A DNA stretch of 64,000 bases, taken from positions 806,001 to 870,000 of the forward strand of contig LSRY02000029.1 in the NCBI GenBank assembly GCA_001643675.2, given 5' to 3'. Both the position numbers and the translations under genes were made by a program. The stretch's first letter is position 1. Each line of letters starts with the position of its first letter. The notes under the pieces are model-generated. The model had not been told where the DNA came from and made no database searches. It saw nothing but the letters and a program-made list of their open reading frames with translations. This stretch comes from Monocercomonoides exilis PA203 (lineage: Eukaryota; Protista; Preaxostyla). Positions 24,201 through 36,887 of the stretch are shown here, in pieces.

Positions 24201-27200
24201 CTTTCCCCACATGTGCCTCATTCATCACAAACAGGATGTTCACAATCTTGAAATTCAGAGGCGGAATCGGACTTTCATTTCCATAATTCACATGTGGATC
24301 AGACCCATCAATAAACAGCCCTCCTCCACAACCTGTTTCACTCGAGCACTTGCACATCGAAAACGAGCTCCCATTCACTTTCAACACCGACTCCCCACTC
24401 TTCAGCACCACTCTCATTCCCCCTCCTTCGAAGCTCAAACCGCCCTTGCAACTCGACATCGAACACTCATTTATCACACTCTCCACTCCATCCTCAAATG
24501 ATCCCACATCAACATCACTCGCTCCAATCCCTTCATTCGTGATGTTTGCAAATGAACACCCAACAACCCTCAAAACTGGTTTGTTCCCATTTGAAAATAC
24601 CTTCTTTTCCCCATTCATCTGGTTTTCCTCTTCCATCATCGAAAACAGACTTCTTTTTGTCACTCCAGCAAATGAAATGTTCACATTCTGAATTGTCACC
24701 TCAGCTGCACTTGGGCTGAACACAATCAACCCTTTCAACTCTGAAATCAAACTCAACGAACACCTCACTATCACAACACTCCCTCCATTCACTCTCATCG
24801 GACAATATCCAGCTGTCTCTGTCAGCCAGGTCAATGAACAAAATGAACAATCAAAAATCGATAATAATGTGTTTGCCACAGATGATTCAATCAACACTTC
24901 ATGATGGGTTGTGATGGCAGGCTTGGTGAATGACACATTGAAAAATGACAAACTCTCATTCGATGATATCATTGAACCATCTTCCAATTCATTCTCATCT
25001 TCATCACTTATCGTCACTCCTGTCCCTTTCTTTGCCCATTCAATCACCACTTTTGGTATCTCTGAAATTGATGATGAAATAGAAGAAAATGACAGGGAAT
25101 AACTCAGCGACCCTGATCCTATGATACTGATGTGTGTTTCCCCTTCTTTAAGTGTTGGATATCGAAGTGATGTCAGGTGATCGATCGATGAGCATAGTGC
25201 TTCTGAACACCCACACCCGCTGAAGTCTCCTCCTTTCTCCTTTGAAACAAACCCATTCCCACTCCAATTACTCCGCAAATACACAACCAATTGAATCACG
25301 TATCCTTCCTCTCTTGTGGTCTTCCTCTCCCATCCACACAACTCATCCAACGATCCAAACTCCTCTGAACTCATCTCCCATTTGAAGTGCTCCTTGTTCG
25401 CAATCTCACTCAGATCCCATCCAGAAACAAACATGTTCTTCCCTTTCCAAGCATCACATCCCTCAAATGTCATGTTCTCCAATGAAAATGTTCCCATCTC
25501 GTCTGCCAGCTTCAACAACATCCCACCTCCCATTCCTCTCCCTCCTTCCTCAACATCCTCTGATGGAACTTCACATCCTGATAATTTCACTCCTTTCACC
25601 CTCAATGTTCCTCCACTTCCAACTGATATCATCATCCCTCCCCCTTTCATTCCACTTCCACCTGAGCATGTCGATGACAAATTGCTTTCTTCAATATTCA
25701 CGCATCCACCTTCTTTCATCACACTATTCAAACAGCCTCCACTCACTCTGTTGTTATTCATCTCCAATTCCACTCCATTTGTTATTAACATCTGTGATTT
25801 CCCATTCATTCTCACTCCCCCTTCCATCACAAATCCATTCACAGTCAACCCAACTCCCTCAATACAAATCATATTGTATCTCATCAATTCATCGTCTCCA
25901 AATGAGACTGAACATCTGGTGATTGTGACTGTCGATGATGAGATAATAAATGCACTTATCTTTCCATTCATTTCTTCATTCAGCACCAATGACAAATATC
26001 TCATCTCAAATGATTTTCGTGCATTCGATCATCCAGCTCTGGCTTAATAGTCCTTCATCTCTCACCATCACCTCAATCCCCTCTTCTTTCCCTGAAACAC
26101 TAATTTCAAATGAAACAACTTTCATCTCATTCTTAATCCATGATTCCGAAGCAACTTTTATTTCATTCACACTGCTGCTCGCTCTCTTCTTCACACAATA
26201 ATCAATCGTCAAGCACCCAAACTCCTCACACCCACAATGGCTGTGATCCAGAGCCCTCTCTCCTCTCCCATCCACTCTCAACTTTCTCCCAATTAAGCAC
26301 AAATACACAAACAGCGGGTTCACTTCACATTCTCTCCCATCCTCGCTCCCACACAACTTCAGAACATCTGAGGGAATCACACCAGAATCAAAAAATGAAA
26401 ATGAACTCTCATTCACTTTTGACTCCAACAACACTCCTCCACTACATTCAACAAACATATCCTTCCCATATTGAGCTTTGTTATCCCCCCTTAACAAACC
26501 CTCTATTCCCGATTCCATTTTCATTGAACCATCCCTGCTCTCCATCACAATCATTATTCCTCCTCCTCTCCCACCTGAACTCTCCCCTGAACCCTTCGCC
26601 TCGTACCCATCAATCACAAAACTCCCATTCACAACAATGCTCCCTTCCCCTTTCATCCCGACACTCATCCCTCCTCCTCTTCCATCAACACACTTGCACC
26701 CCTTCACAACACACGATTCAATCACAATTATCCCATTCTTCCCCTCATCTCTCTCTGCCCCAACCACTCCACTCACCCATCCTCCATCTCCACTTCTCTT
26801 CTCAATGTTGTTCACCTCACATCCGCAAAACACAACTGATTCCACTCCTTCACAAAACTCAATCAGTGAATGCTCTCCAAATCTCAAGGTCTCTGTGATC
26901 ACCAATCCTTCCACTTTCACTTTTCCCCCATTCACATTCACAAAACAATATCCAATTGAATTGTCTGATGAACGAACAACAGAACAGTCAGTGAGTGGGA
27001 GAATGATGGAGTTGGATAAAATTAGAGATGATTCACCAGATAGAGCTGATGGAATACAGAACTTGATGTTTCTCATTGAACATTTGCTCATCACATCAAT
27101 CAAGCAAGATGACTCAAAATTCTCTGGTGCTTTCACTCCTATTTCCATCCCTTTTATGGCACATGAGATTTCCCATTCATGGCCATCTGTCATTCCAACT

Positions 27201-30200
27201 GCCTCAGAAAGCTCAAATCCTGAATCCAATTCGATCTTCTTGTTTTTGTCTGGAAATCGCATCTGGGCAGCATGGGTGATGGTGGCACATGGATAATAAT
27301 CAAACCCACAAAACCAAGAGTTGTATCCACCCAGCCCATCATTTGCCTTCCCCACATGTGCTGATCCTTCATGTTCATCCAAAAACACATTCAAAGGAAA
27401 CAGCCCCATTATTGTGTCGCTCCGATCGAATCCCGCCAACTCATCGAATTTTCTATTATCCCGCTGTATATCCAAAATTGGTTGTTATTCCCCAGTTTGC
27501 CGAGTTGCTCCCATTCACAAACAGATAATTTCCACCAGAATTTGCTGTGCAACCTGAAAAGCCAACTGATTTTATTGAGAAGTCGTGTGATCCATCAGCC
27601 AGATACAGCATCATCCCTCCTCCATATCCGCTGCACTTGCATCTGTTGATTGTTGACGTTTCAACCTGAAGCTTGCTTAAAGGTGACGATAAATCGACCT
27701 TGATCCCACCACAACTTCCATTCTTGCACTCGCAATCTTCAATTGTCACATTCTCGACCACAAATGTTTCTCCTTCCTTCACGCTCTTTGCCACAACCAC
27801 TCCATCTCCACTCGTCAACTTCACATTCATCACCTTCACATTCACCAGCACGCTATCTCCTGATGCTGTGGCTGTCAGATACAGTACAGATGACGACAAT
27901 GACGACAATGAAGAAGAAGAAGGAGAAGAGAGATCCGGCTCAGAAAACAATGATTTTGAGACATTCATATTTATGATCTCCACACCAACCATCGACAGCT
28001 GCGACAGCGGCACCACAAACACTGACGACGATATTGCATAGCCCCCTGTTTTACTCGTGGTGATCACAACATCCTCCAACGAGAGTGACCCACTCCCATC
28101 AGACACCACAACCACACTCGGAGAAGTTTCTGCTATTGAGTTGCAGTCAACTTTCATATGCAATAAACCAAGTTGGCCTGTTGTCACACTGAACAGCGAT
28201 CCAGTTGACGAAAGGGCTCCTGTTCCAATCGAACTTTTATCTTTGCCTGTCCCAATTACTGAAATCTTCTTTGTTCCAATATCAATTGTTGTTGTCTCGC
28301 TTTGATAATTCCCTTCCTTAAGAGTGATTGATATGCTCAACAGTATCTCACACATCTCAAGTGCCTTCTTCACTGTCAGACACGGATTTGATTCATTTGC
28401 CCCACACAGCTCATATGAATCATTCCCACCAACAGAAATATAAATCGTTTTGTCTTTCAGCCAATCCTTTTTCATTGTTTGATCATATGTCCAAACACTT
28501 GCATTTGCATAATTGTATGCAAAGCAGATCCTCTTATCATCTGCATTCGTTGTGTAACATTCATGGAATGGATTTCCTGACTCAAAATACAGATTGTATG
28601 TATCTGCAAATTCAGCATCATGCCCACGTGGATAAGTTGCATCCCTGCAACTGCATTCATGAAAAAATAAGAAGCAGCAGTACAGTTTATTATCAGGTGC
28701 TGTTGCTCGATTTGGATGCAAACATAATCCTCCTCCAGTTGACGTTGCTGAACATGAAATAAACTGAATTCTCCTCATCTTGAATGCTGCAGGAACATAT
28801 GCACAGCGAATGCCTCCACCATATGAATTTGTCACAGAGCATGAAGTGAAAATGCATTTCTGTATGCAATCACTTTCCCCTTCTCTATTTTCTGCTTCAC
28901 GACATCCCGTTTCTGAAACCTGAAAATTTTCAAGATAAATCCCTCCTCCATAATAATTTGCTTTGCAACCCTGAAATTCACATCCGCTGATCCTTACACA
29001 CGACGAAATCTCATAAACACACATTCCTCCTCCGATCCATGTTTGAGCAGTGCATGAGTTGAACATATTATTCACAATCTCAACCGATTTAATATTATAG
29101 CAACTAATACCTCCACCGCACCAATGCGCGACACATTCATTGAATGCACAATGCGAAACTGAAACAGCGGCCAACGATTGACCACACATGTATATCGCAC
29201 CACCGTTCGAAGTGCCATCGGAATATACCTCGCCTTTTCCTGTTGTTCTCGATCCATTCCATTCACACCAAGTGAATGAATTAGCTCCATTGAATGTTTC
29301 ATTTTGTCTGTCTGTTTTCAATGGTACCTCTGCAGTTCCATTTATATTAACGTTTCTTGTTCTGCTACATCCGATGAATGAGGTATTAGAAACAGCCAAA
29401 GAGGCTATAGGGTTATTGAGGGAAGGAACAATCCCTCCATCGTATGCATCGCAAACAGACGAGAATGAGCAACTATTCAACAGACATGATGTTTGGTAAT
29501 TGGAAGTGGTTGGAGGTGAACATGCATCATTTGCTGTTGAGATGTTGAAAAATGTGAGTTGAGAGAGTGAAACAAGAAGAATGAAGTGTGATGAGAGGAA
29601 TGGGGAAGAAGATAAACAAAAAGAAGAGAAATGAGACGAACAAACCGAAACAACGCATTTTTTTGGAAATTTCTCTTCAAAGGCCTTCGAAGAAAACAGA
29701 GAAGGAAATGCTTGCAAAAATGAGGTTGAAGATGATCTGAGTGAAATGTTGGTGAACAGCTCACAACTTCCACCCAAGCATAACAGAGATGTTTTGCTCA
29801 TCAAAAAAAATGTCTCAATTATCCAATTCAACAAAACTTTCGTCACCAAATTTCACAACATTTGTCTCATCATGTTGAATCGGCTCCAATGATATGAGTT
29901 TTATTGAACTATTGCTCGAACAAAACATTCTTCAACCTAACTTTCTTTTTGTTTTCTTTCAATTTTCATTATTTCTCTTTTCATAAAAAATGCTCATTAT
30001 TCACAGTATTGAGTGAATTCCCTTTCCAAATTTGGTTGTTTCTTTCATCTTCCATTTTTTGACTATTTTTCTTTAATTTTTCTCGTTTTCCATCTTTTTC
30101 TATTCCACCTTCATTCACTTTCACATTCATTTCAAACTCATTTTTTCCTCTATTCTTATCATTTGGAAGGCTCTCAAACAAAAAATTTCCCAAATAATCT

Positions 30201-30313
30201 GTTTTTCTATCATTTATCAATTTCTCCACCAGATTTGCTTCATCATTTGTGGCACCATTGAACAGGCATTCCACACAAATTACGCACACAAAACCACATA
30301 TTCCTGACAGCAT
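21210..30313 (-). pseudogene. Disabled giant receptor: signal peptide + beta-helix (GGAI/FxxC) ectodomain + TM + kinase-like (pseudokinase) tail, ~3000 codons
   Basis: Collinear minus-strand ORFs 29981-30313, 27456-29849, 26006-27475, 23968-26004, 22928-23977, 21503-22918 and 21284-21496. They are joined by frameshifts (~27470, ~26010, ~23985) and in-frame stops (TAA at 22928 in WILD*GC; TAG at 21503 in GMML*EC). TM WALLITVIFVVFLLIIIVVLAVRW; kinase C-lobe motifs WRAPELL...VAFSIGMML[W]ECMT.QIPF. The 3' end is approximate. Confidence 0.8.
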
Positions 30314-31699
30314 GGGGACTTATCCGAACAAAGAAGACACTTTTCTTTTTTTCTGGATTTCTTCTTTATTAGAATGGGCTCAACATTTTTAAAAAAAGAT
30401 AGAAAGAAAGAAATCATTTTTTGTTCAAGTGTGAAGTGAGATATTTCATTTTATAAAACTGTGATGAATTTTTCATGAGTGAAAATTTCGTTTTCATTTG
30501 ATCATTTGAATAATACAAAATGATTGACTGAAGATGTTGATGTTTTGATGTTTTCATTATTACAAAAAGAGAAGCTGTAATACTCATTCTTCTTACCAGA
30601 ATATTTGTTTTTCAGTCTCTGAGCGAGTTATTCATTTGTAAAGTGAAGTGAGATTTGGAGAAGCATTTTTCTTTTTGGAATTTATTTATCTGAGGAACTG
30701 ATGAGGTTTGTGCTGTAAAATTTTTTGATGGTACTTTTCATATTTTATTTTCTGGTATTTGTGTGATTTTTGTGTTTGCAGTCACCAGAGGCATTTGGAA
30801 TGGTTGTTTTTTGATTGTTATTTTCTGAAGCGTTGGATGGCTGAAATGGGACACTCTCGTCCAAAGAAATGGGTAGTGTGGAATTTATTTATATGAGGTA
30901 TTTCATTGGGTGTTTTATTCATTATTTTGATTTTATTATGCAAACAGGGCAGAAAAGGATTCAATTTGAGAAAAAAAGGAAAGTTGACAAAGGCTGAAAT
31001 AACTGAAAATAGAAAGATTTGGAAAATGCAAAGGCAATGAAGGAAAGAATGAAATTAGTAACGAATGTCTGTTGAATGTTTGTTTTTCTCGAATATTTTC
31101 ATGAAAAATTAGATTGTTTTGTATTTCAATTGTGTTTTGGATTTACAGTTTCATATCTGTTTTTTTCTTCATATCCAAATACAACAAAGTGATGAAATTC
31201 ATTTTACTCGATTTCTGGCAGATTTCATTTTTGAGATGGCATTTCGGGTAAAAGGCAGAAAGACAGAGAAATAGTTAAGTGCGAAGAAAACTGAGGAAGG
31301 GAAGAGATAATAATGGGAAAGGGGAAATGTGGTGGAGGAAAAGTATGTGATGGAAGAGAATCAGATAGGAAGATATTTTTTGAGGAAAGATCTGAAGATA
31401 AAAAGAGCAAATGGAAATGATAATGATGTTTTCACAAAGAAGGATAGCAGCCAATGAAGAAGATTTTATTGTTTTTGATTTTTGAATCAGCCTTCATCAA
31501 CATCGCCTGGAAGAGGAAAGAAAGCGATAAATAAGAATGAACCATTATATTTGAAGATGTGACAGTATTTTGAGAGAAAGGAAACGAAGAAGATTGTTTT
31601 GCTGTGGAAGCGTTTCTTCTTCTTCTTCCTAGTCTTCCTCCACCGTTTCTTCTGGATAAATTATATATATAATGATTCAACTCCATCAAAACAATCTTC

Positions 31700-32440
31700 G
31701 TCAGTTCCTTAGACGGTGCTGGAAATGCTTCATGTTTTTTACCTTTCTCATCATCACATCTTCTTCTTTTTATTCATATTCTTCTTCATATTCTTCTTCT
31801 TTTCCTTCCTCATCTTCTCTGCCTCTTCCTCTTCCTCTTTCTTCCTCTTCTTCTTCTTCTTCTACTGCTGCTCCTTCTTCTGCTGCTTCCTATGCTTCAT
31901 CCACACCTTTTCTTCAATCTCTTCTTCAAATTCAGTGATGTCTTCCGCTGACAATAAGCATGTGAGTGCAAATGCATCAAAGTCATTGAAGTTCTCAATT
32001 GATTGGATGAAGACTTTTTCTTCAAACTTCGATAAAGTCAAGTTCATCTCCAAAAGTCGTAAAAGCAGCTAAAATGCTTAAGATTCAAAGAAATTGTCAT
32101 CATCATCATCTTCTTCTTCTTCTTCAACTTCGTCTTCGTCTTCAGCAGCAGCTGCAACTGCACCAATAAAGGCTTCTCCTTCTTCATTTTCCTCTCTTTC
32201 TCCTTCTCTTTCTTTCCACTCCTTTTTCTTCAGCTCTTATTCTTCTTTCCCATTTCAAAGCCGCTCGCCACCTCTTTTTGATGTACATCCAAGAGAAGAT
32301 AATTTATAAATGCGTTTCCATTCCAAAGCCATCGCTGTCATGCGCTGTATGGAAGTGAGGCATTGTTCGAACACAGCATCTTTCAACTCCGTTGTGAAGT
32401 TTTGGTAGATAAACACACTAAAAGTGATTGGGAGTATCAA
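31700..32440 (-). pseudogene. Decayed acidic/low-complexity coding remnant
   Basis: Short minus-strand frames with protein-like text (ELKDAVFEQCLTSIQRM..., EMNLTLSKFEEKVFIQSIENF...) and Glu/Asp codon runs, broken by stops. No product can be assigned. Confidence 0.35.
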
Positions 32441-32640
32441 TCAGACAACAGCTGGATTTTGTGGAAGGATTTTTTGATGGAATTCAAACACTCTCCATTC
32501 ACTTGGAGAGCTGAAGGATCATTATGGAGTCAGAAAGAGGATTATCTGGTTGCATTCTCTTTGGATGGAACAATTAGAATTTGAGACATCCGTTCGTAGA
32601 AGTGTTCCCATACGAATCCTTGATATGATCAAGCGTCACA
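32400..32640 (+). pseudogene. WD40-repeat remnant (possibly GRWD1/Rrb1-like)
   Basis: Reads LWSQKEDYLVAFSLDGTIRI*DIRS, i.e. the WD40 signature SxDGTIRIWD with TGA at the Trp position and further stops nearby. Confidence 0.5.
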
Positions 32641-33547
32641 GTTATTTATTACTGCAATGAAATTTTTTGAACTCATTGATAGCACAGAAAAGAGGAAGAA
32701 GAAGATGAGATTGGATTTCAATTGTTGGAGAAACTTCACAAATTATTGCTTCATCATATTCGGGGAAGGATGGAAGATTTGGAAGACGAAGAGAGTTACA
32801 ACAAAGACAAAATGGACAATGAATTTTTTTGCACAACAGTCAAAGAACATCATTTCTTTGAAGAGAATGAGGCAGACATAACAGGAGAAAAGGAGAAAGA
32901 AGAATCATCAAAGATTGACTATCTCAGTTCTCGATATTTTATAAAATTACTATCTTCTTTTCTTGAAACCTTTCAGGCAGCCTCAGATCGCTTCAGACAG
33001 GCCAAAATGAAAATTTGAACATGTTTATGATCTTCTTCTGTTGCAGCTGATTGAAGACATGGACACTCAACTGAAGGGAGAAGGAGGGTTATTTGTTTTG
33101 TTTCGCTCACTCGTCTTGAAATAAGATAGAGAAGATTGCATGGCTGAAGAGGATCCTTTTTCGGATGCACTTTCAAGAAGAACCAACAAGATAACCGATT
33201 CTTCTCTTCATAAAAGCTTTCAATGCTGATCTTTCTCTTACGCCCAGTATTATTTAAGTTCTTGACTTTCTTCTTGTTTGAGAGAGAGCTTGTTGTTCCA
33301 ATTTTCTGTTATCAAGTCTCATCAGACACCACTTTTTGACCTTTTCTGCGAAATCTGACACCACTTCTGCCTATCCGTCTTCACCAAAATGGGTGTTTCA
33401 ATGCTTGACGTGATCAAGCTGCTTAACCGCAATGCTGTTTTGCAAAAGGCTCTTAAATCAATTATTCAAGTAAAATCTAAACGTCTGTTCATGTCATAAA
33501 TACAAGCTATTTTAAAGTTCATAATGAGCACCAAATTCATAAATACC

Positions 33548-33578
<31 letters not shown>

Positions 33579-33921
33579 TGAATATTTGTTCATTCGACCG
33601 ACACACAACTCTTAAGCTTCCCTTGCCACAAAGACTCAGTTTTTCGATCAAATTTATGAGCATTCATAAACGAAGTATTTTCATCAAAAATAGATATGTG
33701 TTCAAAACGATTTCAACAAAAGAAAACATGATGAATAATGTTCAAAAATATTTTGTTTCATTCATGTTATAGAATGAAAATAAAACTCTCATGACCATCA
33801 TAAATCTGTGTACACTTCATTCTAAATGCAATAATTTTATTTCTTTTTTATTTATGGAAATTATTTTCTCAAAAATAAAATTATATATTTGATCAATATT
33901 TTTTATTTCCTTCAAAGAGAA

Positions 33922-36687
33922 ATGTTAATGTATTGGTTGTTTGGTATATTTTTGATAAAGAGTTTTGCTCTCAAACCCATTGATGTGAAAAAATCCACTT
34001 CAACTCCAATTGATGCGTATCCACTCATCAGATATTTAAACACAACATCATTCCGTGGCTCTCAAAGTAATGTAACAGTGAAACCTGGTATCCTTTATGA
34101 AGTTCAAACGCAGAATGAGTTGAATGAGGCATTGGAGACAAAGCTTCAAGAAATTAATAAGAAACTTCATTTTTCACTTTTGTTGAATGGAACTTTACTT
34201 TCAAGAATAAATCTTGAAAAAATTTCAAATCATCCTCAAGTTGCTTCTGTTGTTGTAGCAGATGATTTGTCTTACTATTTGACTGATCAAAATCTTCCAC
34301 CTGCTTACACTCCTGATTGTAAAGGTTTATTGCCTGGAGATTCTCATTTTGCTGAAGGACATGATTGGAATGCAAATGGAGATTGCCTCTTTTCTGTCTC
34401 TTTTCCAATGCCTGTTTTATATGTTATGAAAGGTGTCAATGAGCCACTATTTCGAGCTGCAAAGCACAATAAAGCCATGAAGTATTCAAAGAATAAACCT
34501 TTATTTCAGCTGCAATCAAATTTTCTGATGGAGGCCGAAGGAAATTCCATTCAGTGCCTTAACGAAGGTTTGATATCATTATTTATTTCTTTAATTTTTT
34601 TTAAAATAAAACTGCAACAAATCTCGAAATTTTTTACATTTATATCTTTTAACTGAAATTAGGTAAATGCACCCCATTAACAGGAAGAGCTTTATGGGGA
34701 AATATAGGACATGTAAATGTAATGTCAACACTTATATTTTCGTTTCTAATAAAGATTCTATTAATTTTTTCATATATTATTTCTTTTATGAATTTCTGAA
34801 ATAAAACGTTTTTTTTTAACTGACATACATTTTTCCACAGTCTACGCAAGAATATGTTTTGCTGACTTCTCCCTTTGACACCTTGTCGGAGTTTTATTCG
34901 TCTGCTCGCGGAGCTTCAAGCGAAGTGTCTTCTGTGGCGACGCTGATGGGCGCAGTGAGGGCGATTACAGACTGGATCAGGCACAACTCCAGTGGCTCAC
35001 ACGGAGCTGACGACGAGGCTGTTATCACTCCACCGTTCGACAAGACGGTCCTTATTGGGCTGTTTCCGGGGACAAACTGGGGAAACTTTGGAGCAAAGCG
35101 GTTTGCATGCAACATCAAGCGAGAGCACGAAAACACTGCAACTTCTTCAATTTCTGCTAATTCTAATTCACATCGCATATTGTCTTCTTTTGCGTCAGTT
35201 TCGCTGGTGCAGGTGAATCAAACAGCACTCGTGCAAAAAAGAAGCCAGAAGCTTTTGCTGCGGTTTAGAAACAAACTGGCTTCTTTCTTCAACATTCCAC
35301 CAATTTCAACAGCACCTTCAAAAAGAGACTCTCAACTTCCTCAGACAATTCTGGCTGAAAAGAGCGACAAAAAGGCAGCTCGCTACCACAAAGCAGCAGG
35401 AAGCTTTGCAAACATCACGTTTTCGAAGATCAAAGCGATGATTTCGATTGGAGACATTTCGACTCCAGCGTCTGCCTCTCCGGTGAAGCTGGTGATCCAC
35501 AAGGAGCACAACATCGACGCCCACCGACAACTGCAGCAGCGAATGGTGAGTGCGGGGCAGAAGGCAAAAGCAGAAGGGGCTGTTTCAATAGACACCGAAA
35601 CGGGGCCTGCAGCTGGCGAGACGCCTGGGATTCCTCCTTCTCCTGCTGCAGCCTTCTGGGAGTACGACAACAACATCCCGACTGTTCATATTTGCACTCA
35701 CGGTGTGCTCTGAGTTATTATGAATGTTATCGTTGATATTGAATTTTTGATTGTTATTTCAAATAATTATGTTTGAATGTATTTTGATTGGTGATTTATT
35801 TACTGGTTCTCAATTAAATGATTTTCTTTTGTGATTATCTCTTTTTCTTTCTCTCTCTCTTATTTTCTGTCTATCTTGTCAGGATCGACATACAACAATC
35901 CAGTGCGCCACAGCCGGCTGGATACTGTCTACAATGCCACTGCCATCTGCGAGGCAGCGACAGTCACAGCGAAGACAGTTCTCTCTCTTGTGGGTGTGGC
36001 AGACGGAGACACGGAAGGAGGCAAAGTGAAGGCGAACTGCTCAGAAATAGAAGAAGTGATGGACTGCCTGATCAACAACGCTGCGTGCCCACTTGTCACA
36101 GAAAGGCTGCAGATCAGCGGAAACATTGTGAACTCGTTCTATTCACACGAGACGACAGTCACGCCGAATATCTTCTCCTCGTCTTTTGTACCCATTCAGT
36201 CGGCCCTTGTTGGCCGTATGCTCCAGAACATGACAGGAAGAGTGGACAATCAGTGCTCTTCTGCAAATGACTGCAAAACTGGATATGTTTGTTCATTTTG
36301 TTCAAAAAAAAAAATAATAATAATAATTTCAAAAAATATTATGATAATAAAATTTCTTCTCTAATTTTTCATTAGAGCTGCGAAAAGGGCACATGCATAT
36401 ATACGCCTCTTACATTCTTTTCATCGTATTCTCCATATTTGTGGTACAATGCAGACAATGGGTGGTACACAACCAATCATTGCAAGACTGATAATGCTCC
36501 TGTTAACAAAGACGATCCTATTTGGACAGAAAGTAACTGGAAAGGGATGTCTTTCAAACTTTCTTTGACTTCTCCAATTTATTTGGATGTTGCTTTTCTC
36601 GTTTGCGGATTGTTGTCGATTCCTCTTTCTCTTTTGTTATTCCTCTTTATTAAACATCGTTGGAATTCAATGATTTCAAAAAGTTAA
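33922..36687 (+). CDS. NCSTN: Nicastrin (gamma-secretase subunit) homologue; exons 33922-34567, 34663-34712, 34841-35702, 35883-36286, 36376-36687
   Basis: Signal peptide, then nicastrin motifs in the expected order: WNANG..FPMPV, CTPL.G..LW, TSPFDTLSEF....GA.SEVSS.ATL, GLFPGTNWGNFGAKRF (DYIGS position), IPPSP, YNNP.RHS.LD, WTESNW, C-terminal TM. All four GT-AG introns keep the frame. Confidence 0.88.
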
Positions 36688-36887
36688 TTCATCCTATTAT
36701 TAGAATTTTGCTCATTATCACTTCAAGCACGTCATATTGTCAAGTTTTATTTTTATTTTCGATATATTTTTGTATATTTGCTTGTTTTATGAATAGGAAA
36801 ACATTTGTGTGAAGCGATCAAAAAGAAATAATTTATTTATCTGAAAATTCAATCACGTTTCCTGACAACAGAAAATTGTAATCGTTA

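Noticed and set aside
23968-27475. Programmed ribosomal frameshifting linking the receptor ORFs
   Set aside because: No shared slippery motif at the breaks, and they co-occur with nonsense codons; decay or sequencing error is simpler.
23986-28762. Long plus-strand ORFs (e.g. 25316-26047, 26140-26898, 26478-27296)
   Set aside because: Antisense shadows of the minus-strand receptor gene, rich in Pro/Ser/Thr from complementary Gly/Glu/Val codons.
17512-36687. Functional cluster of nicastrin with neighbouring single-pass receptors
   Set aside because: Gene adjacency in a eukaryote carrying large dispersed receptor families is not evidence of a shared pathway.
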